Below, piece by piece: positions 43,346 to 52,020 of a stretch of DNA of 64,000 bases. The notes beneath the pieces are model-generated. The model saw only the letters and a list, made by a program, of their open reading frames with translations, made no database searches and had not been told where the DNA came from. Source of the stretch: a virus; IMG/VR virus record IMGVR_UViG_3300033565_000026, positions 1 through 64,000 of that record; one strand, given 5' to 3'. A program made the translations under genes and the position numbers. Within the stretch, counting starts at the first letter, position 1; every line of letters starts with the position of its first letter.

Positions 43346-45793
43346 GTGGGTGGAATGGGCTTTAGAAAAATATTATTTATTTTATTTTTATTATTGTTAT
43401 GTGTTGGTGGTGCTGGAGCATATCAACTTTCTATCCTTAATCCAAATTTCGCAACTCAACCAAACGGGACAGATTGGAGCGAAGTTGGATCAAGCGGTAG
43501 AACCTGGAATCAAACAGACGGATCTAGCGATACATATTCATACGAACTAACCAGAACGTCAACAGATGTAGATTTTTATTCGGGTTATATCCCTGTAAAT
43601 CCATCCACAAACTATTCTCTATCTTATTACTCAAAAAAATATTCTGGGGCTGGATACGACCGGGTATATATACTACAATTTAATGGCACTAATCAGGTCA
43701 CTATGGGGTATAATCAGACCGCAGGATTACATGCATGGGCGCAAAAACATGTAAATTTTACGACTAGCTCAAACGTAAATCAGATAAAAATAAGAGGAGT
43801 ACACGCTACCGATAACGGTATATCACTATTTGATAATTTTGTACTTACAACTCCATCAGATACTACACAATGGGATATATATGACGCTCAGACATTAACT
43901 GGACAAACAAGATATTATAATGCTAATATTACAGTTTATCCAGGCGGTTCATTAACTCTTGTGAATTCAAGTCTTATATTTGATAATACTGTTAGCGGGG
44001 AACACGGTATAAAAGTTCTTAAGGGGAATACAACATCTACAACGGCTGGAAAACTTGTAGTTTCAAATTCAACTATCACAGGCAATTCTAATTATCACAC
44101 TTATATTTGGTCTGAATATTATGAACCTATAGGCTCAAAAACTCCTATAATCCAGGCAGACGATTCTATTTTTGAGTATATGGGAGTTGAAATAACATCC
44201 CCAACGTGGACTGTTGCAAATAACCAATCATGGAGAACAGGAATAGAGATCCATAGCTCAAATCCTTCTACATATTTTGATAACTGCTCAATCAAACACT
44301 GTTACAATGGACTGTGGTTTTCAACGGGTGGGAGTCCTGCAAATGTAACAAATTGTACTATAGACGATATTGAGTCTGCCGCGATAAAAACAAATTCAGT
44401 TGGGCTAAACATCCTAAACAACAATATAAATAATTCAAGATTTTGTGTTTATGCTCAATATACAAATGGTATGAATATAATTAATAATACATTCAGTGCA
44501 GGTTCTAGGGCATCTGGTTCTTATTGTATAGATATTTTAGGCAATCCTAATTTATATGCCGAAATGGATAGATATTTTAATATTTCTAATAATATAATTA
44601 CAGGTGTTCAACGTTCTATAGTCCTCAATGTAGGTACAAGGGACGGACTTGTAAAAAATAACACCATTTCAAACGCCACTGGCGTAGGCGTTGGGATGGG
44701 TGACAAGGCTTATAATATCACAGTCGATGGAAACAGATTTACAGATGTACAGGACGCGGTATTAGCAACATATGAAAATATAACTGTAACTAATAATATT
44801 GTAACAAACCCCTGGATTCCTACAGGCTACACGGCGGCCTTTAGATGCGAAGAGCTACGCAATAGTACATTTTACAATAATACAGTAACTAACGTAGATC
44901 AAACAACTACAAAAGGAATTTATATTTATGATTCTATAAATGTAACTTTTGATAAATGTTCGTTTTCGTCTATGCCTACAGCAATTGATTTACATGCAAA
45001 TAACACTAATATATTTTTCAGAGATACTGTTATTACAGAATCTACCACAGACGTGAATATGGCTGGAACTGAAGAAAACGTTAAATTTTTAAATCCGTCA
45101 TATAATATATCAAAAGTTTCAGTATCAGATACAGGCACGTTCAAATCATATTACTATGCCAACATCTTTGTAAAAAATTTGCTAGATCAACCTGTAAAAA
45201 ATGCGGTAATCGCGTCTAACGAATCCTCGATAGATCAAAACGGTAATACTATAGAATCTGAATTATCAACAGTCGATGGAGATACAACAAATCTTTTTGC
45301 AGTTCTATCAGATGAAAAAACGAGTTCCGCGACTACATCACATACCCCGTTATTGACAGCTACAAAAAACGGAATAAATGACACTGAAACGGCAACACCT
45401 TCTGTTTCTTGGTACTCTTCAGACACAAACTCACTTTCTGGATCTCAGATACCATTGGTACTTGATACATGGGGAGCAGTCCCACCAGTTTCAGCATTTT
45501 CTGCAACTCCTAGAAGCGGTCAAGCATCAACAATTATTTCGTTTACAGATAGTTCATCTGGCGCGGATTCATGGGCATGGGACTTTGAAAATGATGGTTC
45601 GATAGACTCGGTAGAACAAAACCCAACACACGCTTATACTTCAGCAGGAACTAATACAGTCAATTTGACCGTATCAAACGAGTTCGGCAGCGATTCCGAA
45701 GTTAAATCAGAGTATATTACAATTTCAGCCAACTCCGGCACAGATCCTTTAATGTGGCTCGTATGGTGGTTTAAATCTCATAGGTTGTGGTAA
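43346..45793 (+). CDS. Secreted CBM-like / beta-helix / PKD-domain protein, very rich in N-x-S/T sequons
   Basis: 815 aa with an N-terminal hydrophobic signal. It has a jelly-roll-like N-domain and long beta-helix repeats. The C-terminal PKD-like segment reads FSATPRSG..ISFTDSS..WAWDFENDGS..NPTHAYTSAGTNTVNLTVSN. The extreme C-terminus is hydrophobic. Confidence 0.7.
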   Translation: MGGMGFRKILFILFLLLLCVGGAGAYQLSILNPNFATQPNGTDWSEVGSSGRTWNQTDGSSDTYSYELTRTSTDVDFYSGYIPVNPSTNYSLSYYSKKYSGAGYDRVYILQFNGTNQVTMGYNQTAGLHAWAQKHVNFTTSSNVNQIKIRGVHATDNGISLFDNFVLTTPSDTTQWDIYDAQTLTGQTRYYNANITVYPGGSLTLVNSSLIFDNTVSGEHGIKVLKGNTTSTTAGKLVVSNSTITGNSNYHTYIWSEYYEPIGSKTPIIQADDSIFEYMGVEITSPTWTVANNQSWRTGIEIHSSNPSTYFDNCSIKHCYNGLWFSTGGSPANVTNCTIDDIESAAIKTNSVGLNILNNNINNSRFCVYAQYTNGMNIINNTFSAGSRASGSYCIDILGNPNLYAEMDRYFNISNNIITGVQRSIVLNVGTRDGLVKNNTISNATGVGVGMGDKAYNITVDGNRFTDVQDAVLATYENITVTNNIVTNPWIPTGYTAAFRCEELRNSTFYNNTVTNVDQTTTKGIYIYDSINVTFDKCSFSSMPTAIDLHANNTNIFFRDTVITESTTDVNMAGTEENVKFLNPSYNISKVSVSDTGTFKSYYYANIFVKNLLDQPVKNAVIASNESSIDQNGNTIESELSTVDGDTTNLFAVLSDEKTSSATTSHTPLLTATKNGINDTETATPSVSWYSSDTNSLSGSQIPLVLDTWGAVPPVSAFSATPRSGQASTIISFTDSSSGADSWAWDFENDGSIDSVEQNPTHAYTSAGTNTVNLTVSNEFGSDSEVKSEYITISANSGTDPLMWLVWWFKSHRLW

Positions 45794-46401
45794 TCTTGAT
45801 CTTAGGCGAAGTATTCCCGGGTGAAAATGCAGAAATCCTAGTTGAAGCGATAAAAACAGACTACTCAGGAGAAGACATAGACGGCATCACTAATCCAGTT
45901 GTCTATGTAAAACAGTATAAACAGACTGAAGAACTAGCAACCGGAGCTACAGCCGTGTATAACTCGAATATGGGGCAGTATCTTGTAACTATTCCGGCTG
46001 CCTATATTCCCTCTTCTGGAATTTTTGATTTCGTTCTCAAGGGGGATGATATAGCCGATGTCCTCGGAAGGATTCAGGTAAATACGGCATCGGCTCAATT
46101 AACTTCTTTACTCTCAGGGGGTGCAATCGCGGAAAAAGTAATTCCAGCCACAAATTACACATTTGACGCATCAGAAAAAACAATAACACTAACAGGAGAC
46201 TATGCAACAACAACACTAGAACAAATTATAGAAATAAGAAATATCACAAAAGGGAAACTTATAATCTACGATTGTACAAAATCGAGCTCAGAAATAACAA
46301 TAGCAGCCGGTGTAATTTCATATACTGAAGATTTTGCTTATCAAGGAACAGCATTTGAAGATACTGATACACTTCAGATCACAATTAACAAGGTGGAATG
46401 A
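45787..46401 (+). CDS. Structural protein of unknown role
   Basis: 204 aa. The GTG start overlaps the upstream stop. It lies between the capsid and connector genes. Confidence 0.5.
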   Translation: MVILILGEVFPGENAEILVEAIKTDYSGEDIDGITNPVVYVKQYKQTEELATGATAVYNSNMGQYLVTIPAAYIPSSGIFDFVLKGDDIADVLGRIQVNTASAQLTSLLSGGAIAEKVIPATNYTFDASEKTITLTGDYATTTLEQIIEIRNITKGKLIIYDCTKSSSEITIAAGVISYTEDFAYQGTAFEDTDTLQITINKVE

Positions 46402-46844
46402 TGACTCTAGCTGATATCATCGAGTTATATTCAGATATTCGAGTAGGAAGCGCAGCAACGGATGATATCACAGATACACAACTAGCAACGCTCAAAACAA
46501 ATGCGGAAGCACGTTTAAATATTATATTATCAGGGCGAACATTTACAACCTCCGCATATGAAGAATTAACAGCTTATATGGTTCTTCACATCCTGAAATT
46601 AAGACCAGGGAAAGGTGTAATTGTATCTGAAAGTGTAACTGATTCCTCCTGGAAATCTTCAATTAGTACGTCTTCCGCGTGGATGGATGAAATATATTCA
46701 AGAATTGCTGAATATGATTCTAATGTAGGAACAGTTACTGATCTGTCAGAAGAAGCAGATATTGACGGTGTACTGAGAGATGACCATTATATTCCAGGAT
46801 TGAGTGAAGGACATCCAGTTAGATTGCCTCACAGGAGGTACTGA
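46398..46844 (+). CDS. Head-tail connector (gp6-like) protein
   Basis: 148 aa. The call rests on size, position and the N-terminal helix pattern (DITDTQLATLKTNAEARLNIIL). The start overlaps the upstream stop (ATGA). Confidence 0.45.
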   Translation: MMTLADIIELYSDIRVGSAATDDITDTQLATLKTNAEARLNIILSGRTFTTSAYEELTAYMVLHILKLRPGKGVIVSESVTDSSWKSSISTSSAWMDEIYSRIAEYDSNVGTVTDLSEEADIDGVLRDDHYIPGLSEGHPVRLPHRRY

Positions 46845-47174
46845 ATGGACTTTCCTGATACCGTTCAAATCTCTAAATTCTCAAGTGAAGACGTATACGG
46901 AAAACGAACATACCAAACGGCAACCACATCAAAAGCGAATGTTCGCAGTTTCATAAAGAATTTAAAGGATTTTAGAGGAAATGAACTTTTATCTTCCGCT
47001 TGGGTTGCGTTACCGAGAGGGTCTTCGATTGCCTATAATGATAAAATCACTCTTGCAGACGGTTCAACCCCTTACATAGGTTCAATCGCAGAAAGGAAGA
47101 GTCCCGTATCACATCGAATAGAATATATAGAAGTTTATGTTGGAAGGGCTGCACCCGGGGAAGGTTCGTTATGA
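46845..47174 (+). CDS. Head-closure / head-tail adaptor protein
   Basis: 109 aa. TVQISKF..EDVYGKRTY...ANVR and a late ..I..I.. pattern are typical of SPP1 gp16-like proteins. Confidence 0.5.
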   Translation: MDFPDTVQISKFSSEDVYGKRTYQTATTSKANVRSFIKNLKDFRGNELLSSAWVALPRGSSIAYNDKITLADGSTPYIGSIAERKSPVSHRIEYIEVYVGRAAPGEGSL

Positions 47175-47545
47175 CGGCTGCTGAGTGTATTACTAATACT
47201 GCAATAATCTCAAAATTAATGTGGGAAGCAGGAAAAAAAGCAGTCGATGAAACAACACACGAAATATTCCTTATCTCAACTGAGAATTTCTGTCCTGTAG
47301 ACACTGGAGCTTTAAAAGCATCCGCAAAAGAAACAGTAAAAGAAGACTCAGGAGAAGCATACACAAAAGAAATCTCATATGGAAATTCAGAAGTAAACTA
47401 TTCCTGGTGGGTTCACGAACTCCCATATAGACATTATAACCCTCCAAATGCTCAAAACAAGTATCTCGAAGTCCCTCTTAACCTTTACTCTGATAAACTA
47501 CAAAAAAACGTATCAATCGAGGTGAGTGGAGTAATTGACAATTGA
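47171..47545 (+). CDS. HK97 gp10-like neck/tail-completion protein
   Basis: 124 aa. The PVDTGALKAS motif is characteristic of the HK97 gp10 family. Confidence 0.55.
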   Translation: MTAAECITNTAIISKLMWEAGKKAVDETTHEIFLISTENFCPVDTGALKASAKETVKEDSGEAYTKEISYGNSEVNYSWWVHELPYRHYNPPNAQNKYLEVPLNLYSDKLQKNVSIEVSGVIDN

Positions 47546-47918
47546 AACATATCTTACTGATTTATCGACATTCCTACAAACAAATGGAGTGAGTGGTATT
47601 TCAATTGCAGGTTATCACGATTCATCAGGAAATGCCGTGTTTATCACTCCGTACGGAGGGAAAGAGTATGATAAGATAGTATCTGGTGAAATTAACCCGT
47701 ATATGATAGATGTTCAAGTTATCACTAGAAATTCTAGTAATGAAACAGCATACGCTTTATCAATTTCAATTTATAAACTGTTAAGAAATATTTCAAATAG
47801 AATAATTGGAACTACAGAATTTAAATCAATAAAAGCGAAAGCTTCCCCTGCTTTCATTATGAAAACAAATAGCGGGTATTATCAGTATTCAGTTAATTTT
47901 TCAATGTTAATTCAATAA
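47535..47918 (+). CDS. Tail terminator-like protein
   Basis: 127 aa with a TTG start after GAGGTGAGTGGAG. It lies just before the major tail protein gene. Confidence 0.35.
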   Translation: MTIETYLTDLSTFLQTNGVSGISIAGYHDSSGNAVFITPYGGKEYDKIVSGEINPYMIDVQVITRNSSNETAYALSISIYKLLRNISNRIIGTTEFKSIKAKASPAFIMKTNSGYYQYSVNFSMLIQ

Positions 47919-47933
47919 TTCGGAGCTAAAAAC

Positions 47934-48650
47934 ATGACTTATGTGAATTCTCAAGCAACTGTAGCTAGAGGTGTAACTGTAAGTATTACTCCTTCGGGTG
48001 GAGTACTTTCACTAATTGCAGAAATTACAGACGATGGCGTTCCAATGCCTCAAACTTCGGTGGACGATATCGAAGTTACCAATCAAGATTCTGGTGATTG
48101 GAAGGAATACAAAGCCGGAAGAAAAGACGGAGGAGAAACCGAAATCAAAGGAAATGCTGTAGATGGTGATGTTGGTCAAGCAGCTTTGGCAGCAGCAGCC
48201 GCATCAGGGACGACCTGCCTATTCATTACAACGTTCCCGTCTGGATCGTCACAGTCTTTCTATGGAGTTGTAAAAACTTTCGATCATGTAGTAGATGGGC
48301 AAATTCTCAAATTTAGTGCGAAAGTGAAAGTTACAGGTGCTCCTACGTTCTCAACTACAAAGAGTGCGCTTACTGCTCTTTCTGTTACAGGCCAATCTAT
48401 ATTCCCTGTGTTTGCAGGAACCACGTACAAGTATGTCTGTAATGTAGTAGCAGCAACAGAAACAGCAGTAGCTGTTCCCACATGTTCAGGTGCAACAATT
48501 ACCGTCAATGGTACAACTGTCGCAAGTGCTGGAAATGGTTCCGTAACTCTTGGAGCAGCAGGAACACTTACTGAAATTAGCATAGTTGTTAAAGAAACAA
48601 GCAAAGCAGCCGTAGTATACACTATTCAGGTCGCTAGGGCTGCATCATAA
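47934..48650 (+). CDS. Major tail protein with a C-terminal Ig-like domain
   Basis: 238 aa. The ATG lies 8 nt after the GGAG of TCGGAGCTAA. EVTNQDSGDWKEYKAGRKDGGETEIKGN resembles TP901-1-type tail tube proteins. The C-terminal 90 aa or so are a beta-rich Thr/Val/Ala domain. Confidence 0.6.
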   Translation: MTYVNSQATVARGVTVSITPSGGVLSLIAEITDDGVPMPQTSVDDIEVTNQDSGDWKEYKAGRKDGGETEIKGNAVDGDVGQAALAAAAASGTTCLFITTFPSGSSQSFYGVVKTFDHVVDGQILKFSAKVKVTGAPTFSTTKSALTALSVTGQSIFPVFAGTTYKYVCNVVAATETAVAVPTCSGATITVNGTTVASAGNGSVTLGAAGTLTEISIVVKETSKAAVVYTIQVARAAS

Positions 48651-48661
48651 GGGGTGTTAGA

Positions 48662-48991
48662 ATGACTCTAAAAGAAATTCCCCTTATTGGAGAATATGCA
48701 CTCCGCTATGATTGGGCTGGATTTGAAGCAATGATGGAAGCTTTAGAAGCTCCATCTTTTTCAGATTTTGATAAAGGTTTCTCAAAACTTGGTCCTCGAT
48801 CTGTTAGAATGATGGTGTGGGCTGGACTCCTGCACAAATTCCCTCTCTTAAAAAAGGAAGAAGTTGCCGGAATCATAACTTCCTATCTTGAGAATAATTC
48901 TCTTGAATCGCTTACGGCTGTACTAAATAAAGCATTATTAGAAGGAAACATTCTCACAAGTTCAGCAGGTGAAAAAACAGAGGGAAACTAA
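48662..48991 (+). CDS. Tail assembly chaperone (gpG-like)
   Basis: 109 aa and acidic. It lies between the major tail and tape measure genes and carries an A6 slippery run 12 nt before its stop. Confidence 0.6.
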   Translation: MTLKEIPLIGEYALRYDWAGFEAMMEALEAPSFSDFDKGFSKLGPRSVRMMVWAGLLHKFPLLKKEEVAGIITSYLENNSLESLTAVLNKALLEGNILTSSAGEKTEGN

Positions 48992-49335
48992 CTGTTACAG
49001 AACTTATAGAAGACGTTCAAAAAGCATTCTATAAGTTCTGTAAGGTTGACCCTATTTCTTTTTGGAAATATACGCCTGCTGAAACCTCATTAATGATTGA
49101 TGTAGCAATCGAAACGCAAAACGAAGAAACAGATCTTACTTTACATCTTGAAGCTCGCCTTTGTGCTGTCATAATGAATGCCAACGGAGCAAAAACCGAA
49201 AACAGAGAACGTTTTGAAATGAAACACTTTTTACCAGACGAAAGAAGATCAACTCAAAAAATGACTCCTGAACAATATGAATACGCATTGAGGATGAAAA
49301 CGATTTCAGCCGGTGGAACTGTAATTTATCAATAA
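48973..49335 (+). CDS. -1 frame extension of the chaperone (gpT-like part of a G-T fusion)
   Basis: The -1 frame is open from 48973, just after the GAAAAAAC run, through to 49335. Its first ATG is 40 codons in (49093). Confidence 0.5.
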   Translation, partial: KNRGKLTVTELIEDVQKAFYKFCKVDPISFWKYTPAETSLMIDVAIETQNEETDLTLHLEARLCAVIMNANGAKTENRERFEMKHFLPDERRSTQKMTPEQYEYALRMKTISAGGTVIYQ

Positions 49336-49347
49336 CGGTGTTAAAAA

Positions 49348-52017
49348 ATGGCTCAAGAAGTCGGTGGAATATACGCTACAGTCGGCTTAAAAAGTACAAT
49401 CTCTGCCGACCTCTCTAAAATTTCAGCAGGGTTTTCAGCAACACAATCAAAAATATCAGGTATTGCTAGTGGGTTGTCTGGAAGTCTGCAAAAAGGATTC
49501 TCTGGGATTGCCAACGTTACGGGCATAACCACATCGTTAAAATCATTAGAATCAACTTCTAAAAATCTACAATCAAAATTAGGTTTTGCAGGAACGGCAG
49601 CACTAGCCGGAATATCAGCCGGACTTGTAAAAATTGGCTCTGATGCTTCTCAGACATACATGAAATTCGATGACAGCATGAGAAAGGTTTCTGCTGTCAC
49701 TTCTGCAACAGATGAGGAATTTACAGCACTTACAAAAACTGCAAAAACGTTAGGTGCTACTACATCTTTCACGGCTCAGGAATCAGCCGAGGCTATGATA
49801 TTTTTAGGACAGGCCGGATTTAACGCAGGTCAAATCATGGCAGCAATGCCAGCTACTCTGGATCTTGCCAGAGGATCAATGACAGGACTTGCAACAACAG
49901 CAGATATAATGTCTAATATAATGAATGGATTTCAAATCCCTGCCCAAAATACAGCATATGCGGCTGATATCCTGGCAGCAGCAGCCAATAAAACGAATAC
50001 AGACGTAACCGGACTAGGCGAAGCAATGAAATATGCGGCTCCACTGGCTCATCAGATGAAATGGAGCTTAGAAGAGACAGCCGCAGCAGCAGGATTGCTT
50101 TCAAACGCCGGTATTAAATCCAGTATGGCTGGAACTGTAATTAGAAACTCTATTACTCGTCTTATATCCCCCACCAACAAAGTCGTTGGAATCCTGAAAG
50201 GATACGGGTTAACTATCGACATGGTAAACCCCAAAACAAAGAACCTTGCAGATATTCTTGACACATTAACAGCAGCAGGTGTAACGTCTGCTGATATGAT
50301 GGAAATATTCGGGATGCGTGCTGGTCCTGGTATCATGGCTCTATTAAATCAGGGAACTCCTGCTTTGAGAGCAATGACCGCAGAACTGCAAAACAGCGAA
50401 GGGTACGCAAAACAAGCAGCCGAAGAAATGGATAAAGGATTTGGTGGAGCAGTCCGGGAAGCACAAAACGCAATCGAAGCATTACAACTTTCATTAGGTC
50501 AGGCGATTTCTACGGTAGCAACTCCTTTTTTAAGAGCCTTTGCTCTCATCGGGAAAGTTATAGCTGCAATTCCTCAGTCAATTCTAGTTGCAGTCGCGGC
50601 TATGGGTTCATTAGTTGCTGTTGGATTAGCTGTTACAGTTGCATTAGCCGGAGCAGAAATTATAATAGGTGCTCTTACAACAGCAGCAGGACTTTTAGGG
50701 TTAACAATAGGTGCAGCTTCGGGAATAGTTCTTGGTATTGGTGCTCTTGTAGCTGTTCTTTACGAATTGGAAGAAAGGACAGGAGTAATAAGTTATTCTT
50801 GGAGACTCTTAAAAGATTTATTCACAATCACAGCAGACGGTATCAAAAAAGCTGCAATAATACTATGGGATGTTATTGTTAAAGTTGCATCCGGTATTAA
50901 ACAGGCTATAATAGATATGTTTCCTCCTGGCTTTCTTGAAGGTGTTGGAAAAGCAATAGATAAAATTAGTGCTCAATTTTCAAGTATGGGAGACAACATT
51001 CACGAACAAGCGGAAGGGATACGAGACGATAACGAAAAAGCCAAACAGTCAGTAGATGCACTCTCAAACATAGATGCAACCGGAACTAAATCTGAACTAT
51101 CCTCAATGGATACTCTTGTCGGTAGCTTAGGGGGAACAACACAGAGCACGACAGAGGACATGTCAACCCTCCTTAATATGCAAGATGAATCAACAGGGGA
51201 AAGCTTAGATTCAATAAGTTCGGGGCTTACCGATATTTCAGCAACTGGAACAGATGCAAACAGTGTGTTATCTGATACCGGAACCGTTGATTACTCCGCA
51301 ACAATAGACGGAATAAAAAATACAGATAGTACAATGCAGACTGCAAAAAGCACAGCTTCGGATCTTTTTTATATCATTTCTGATGCTGGAAATGTGAGAA
51401 TGGGTGAAACAAACGCTCAACTTGTAAGCATTGATGAAAGCGGGAAACAAACAAATCTAACACTTTCAGAATTGAAGGAAATCGCGTCTGATGCTGGTAA
51501 TACTAGCATGGCAGGAACAATAGGACAGATTGCTCTTGTTGACGCTCAAGGAAAAGCCTCTAATCTCACAACTCAGCAGGCAGTTACTCTTTTACAAAAC
51601 GCAGGAAATCAGCCGATGTCAGGGACTGTAACAGGCTGGACTAATGTATCAACCGCAATAAAAACGGCAGTTGGTGACGTAGGCAAATTTATTACCGTCA
51701 ATGATAGCGTTGTTGAGTCGATAAGCAAGATAGGAGCCGCATATAAAACAACCGCTGCGATGGTTGGAAATGTTTCAGGTTTAGCGGGTAAATGGAATTT
51801 AGACGCAAAATTAGGCACAACTAAAAGTAGTGGAAGTAGTTCTGGAACTGGTACTGTGAAAGTAATTTCGAACCCAAATATGTATACTCAAGGGGAATTG
51901 GACTCAAGAACTCATAATAAAGCACCTTCTACTACTGTAAATGTGGGAACTGTGAACAATTATGGAAACGCTGTAAATCAAACGAAAACTAAACTATCTG
52001 TACTCTCTGGAGGCTAA
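49348..52017 (+). CDS. Tail tape measure protein
   Basis: 889 aa. It has a TP901-type core (TSFTAQESAEAMIFLGQAGF..TTADIMSNIMNGF..LGEAMKYAAP..AAAAGLLSNAGIKSSMAGT), a central hydrophobic Ala/Gly/Val tract, and a Ser/Thr-rich tail. Confidence 0.9.
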   Translation: MAQEVGGIYATVGLKSTISADLSKISAGFSATQSKISGIASGLSGSLQKGFSGIANVTGITTSLKSLESTSKNLQSKLGFAGTAALAGISAGLVKIGSDASQTYMKFDDSMRKVSAVTSATDEEFTALTKTAKTLGATTSFTAQESAEAMIFLGQAGFNAGQIMAAMPATLDLARGSMTGLATTADIMSNIMNGFQIPAQNTAYAADILAAAANKTNTDVTGLGEAMKYAAPLAHQMKWSLEETAAAAGLLSNAGIKSSMAGTVIRNSITRLISPTNKVVGILKGYGLTIDMVNPKTKNLADILDTLTAAGVTSADMMEIFGMRAGPGIMALLNQGTPALRAMTAELQNSEGYAKQAAEEMDKGFGGAVREAQNAIEALQLSLGQAISTVATPFLRAFALIGKVIAAIPQSILVAVAAMGSLVAVGLAVTVALAGAEIIIGALTTAAGLLGLTIGAASGIVLGIGALVAVLYELEERTGVISYSWRLLKDLFTITADGIKKAAIILWDVIVKVASGIKQAIIDMFPPGFLEGVGKAIDKISAQFSSMGDNIHEQAEGIRDDNEKAKQSVDALSNIDATGTKSELSSMDTLVGSLGGTTQSTTEDMSTLLNMQDESTGESLDSISSGLTDISATGTDANSVLSDTGTVDYSATIDGIKNTDSTMQTAKSTASDLFYIISDAGNVRMGETNAQLVSIDESGKQTNLTLSELKEIASDAGNTSMAGTIGQIALVDAQGKASNLTTQQAVTLLQNAGNQPMSGTVTGWTNVSTAIKTAVGDVGKFITVNDSVVESISKIGAAYKTTAAMVGNVSGLAGKWNLDAKLGTTKSSGSSSGTGTVKVISNPNMYTQGELDSRTHNKAPSTTVNVGTVNNYGNAVNQTKTKLSVLSGG

Positions 52018-52020
52018 AAA

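Noticed and set aside
41241-50336. Antisense track ORFs in the structural block: 41241-41444, 42473-42787, 47047-47364, 48284-48622, 49913-50104 and 50052-50336.
   Set aside because: They lie opposite tightly packed, co-oriented structural genes in the less AT-rich part of the window, where long antisense frames arise by chance. None has a plausible start context.
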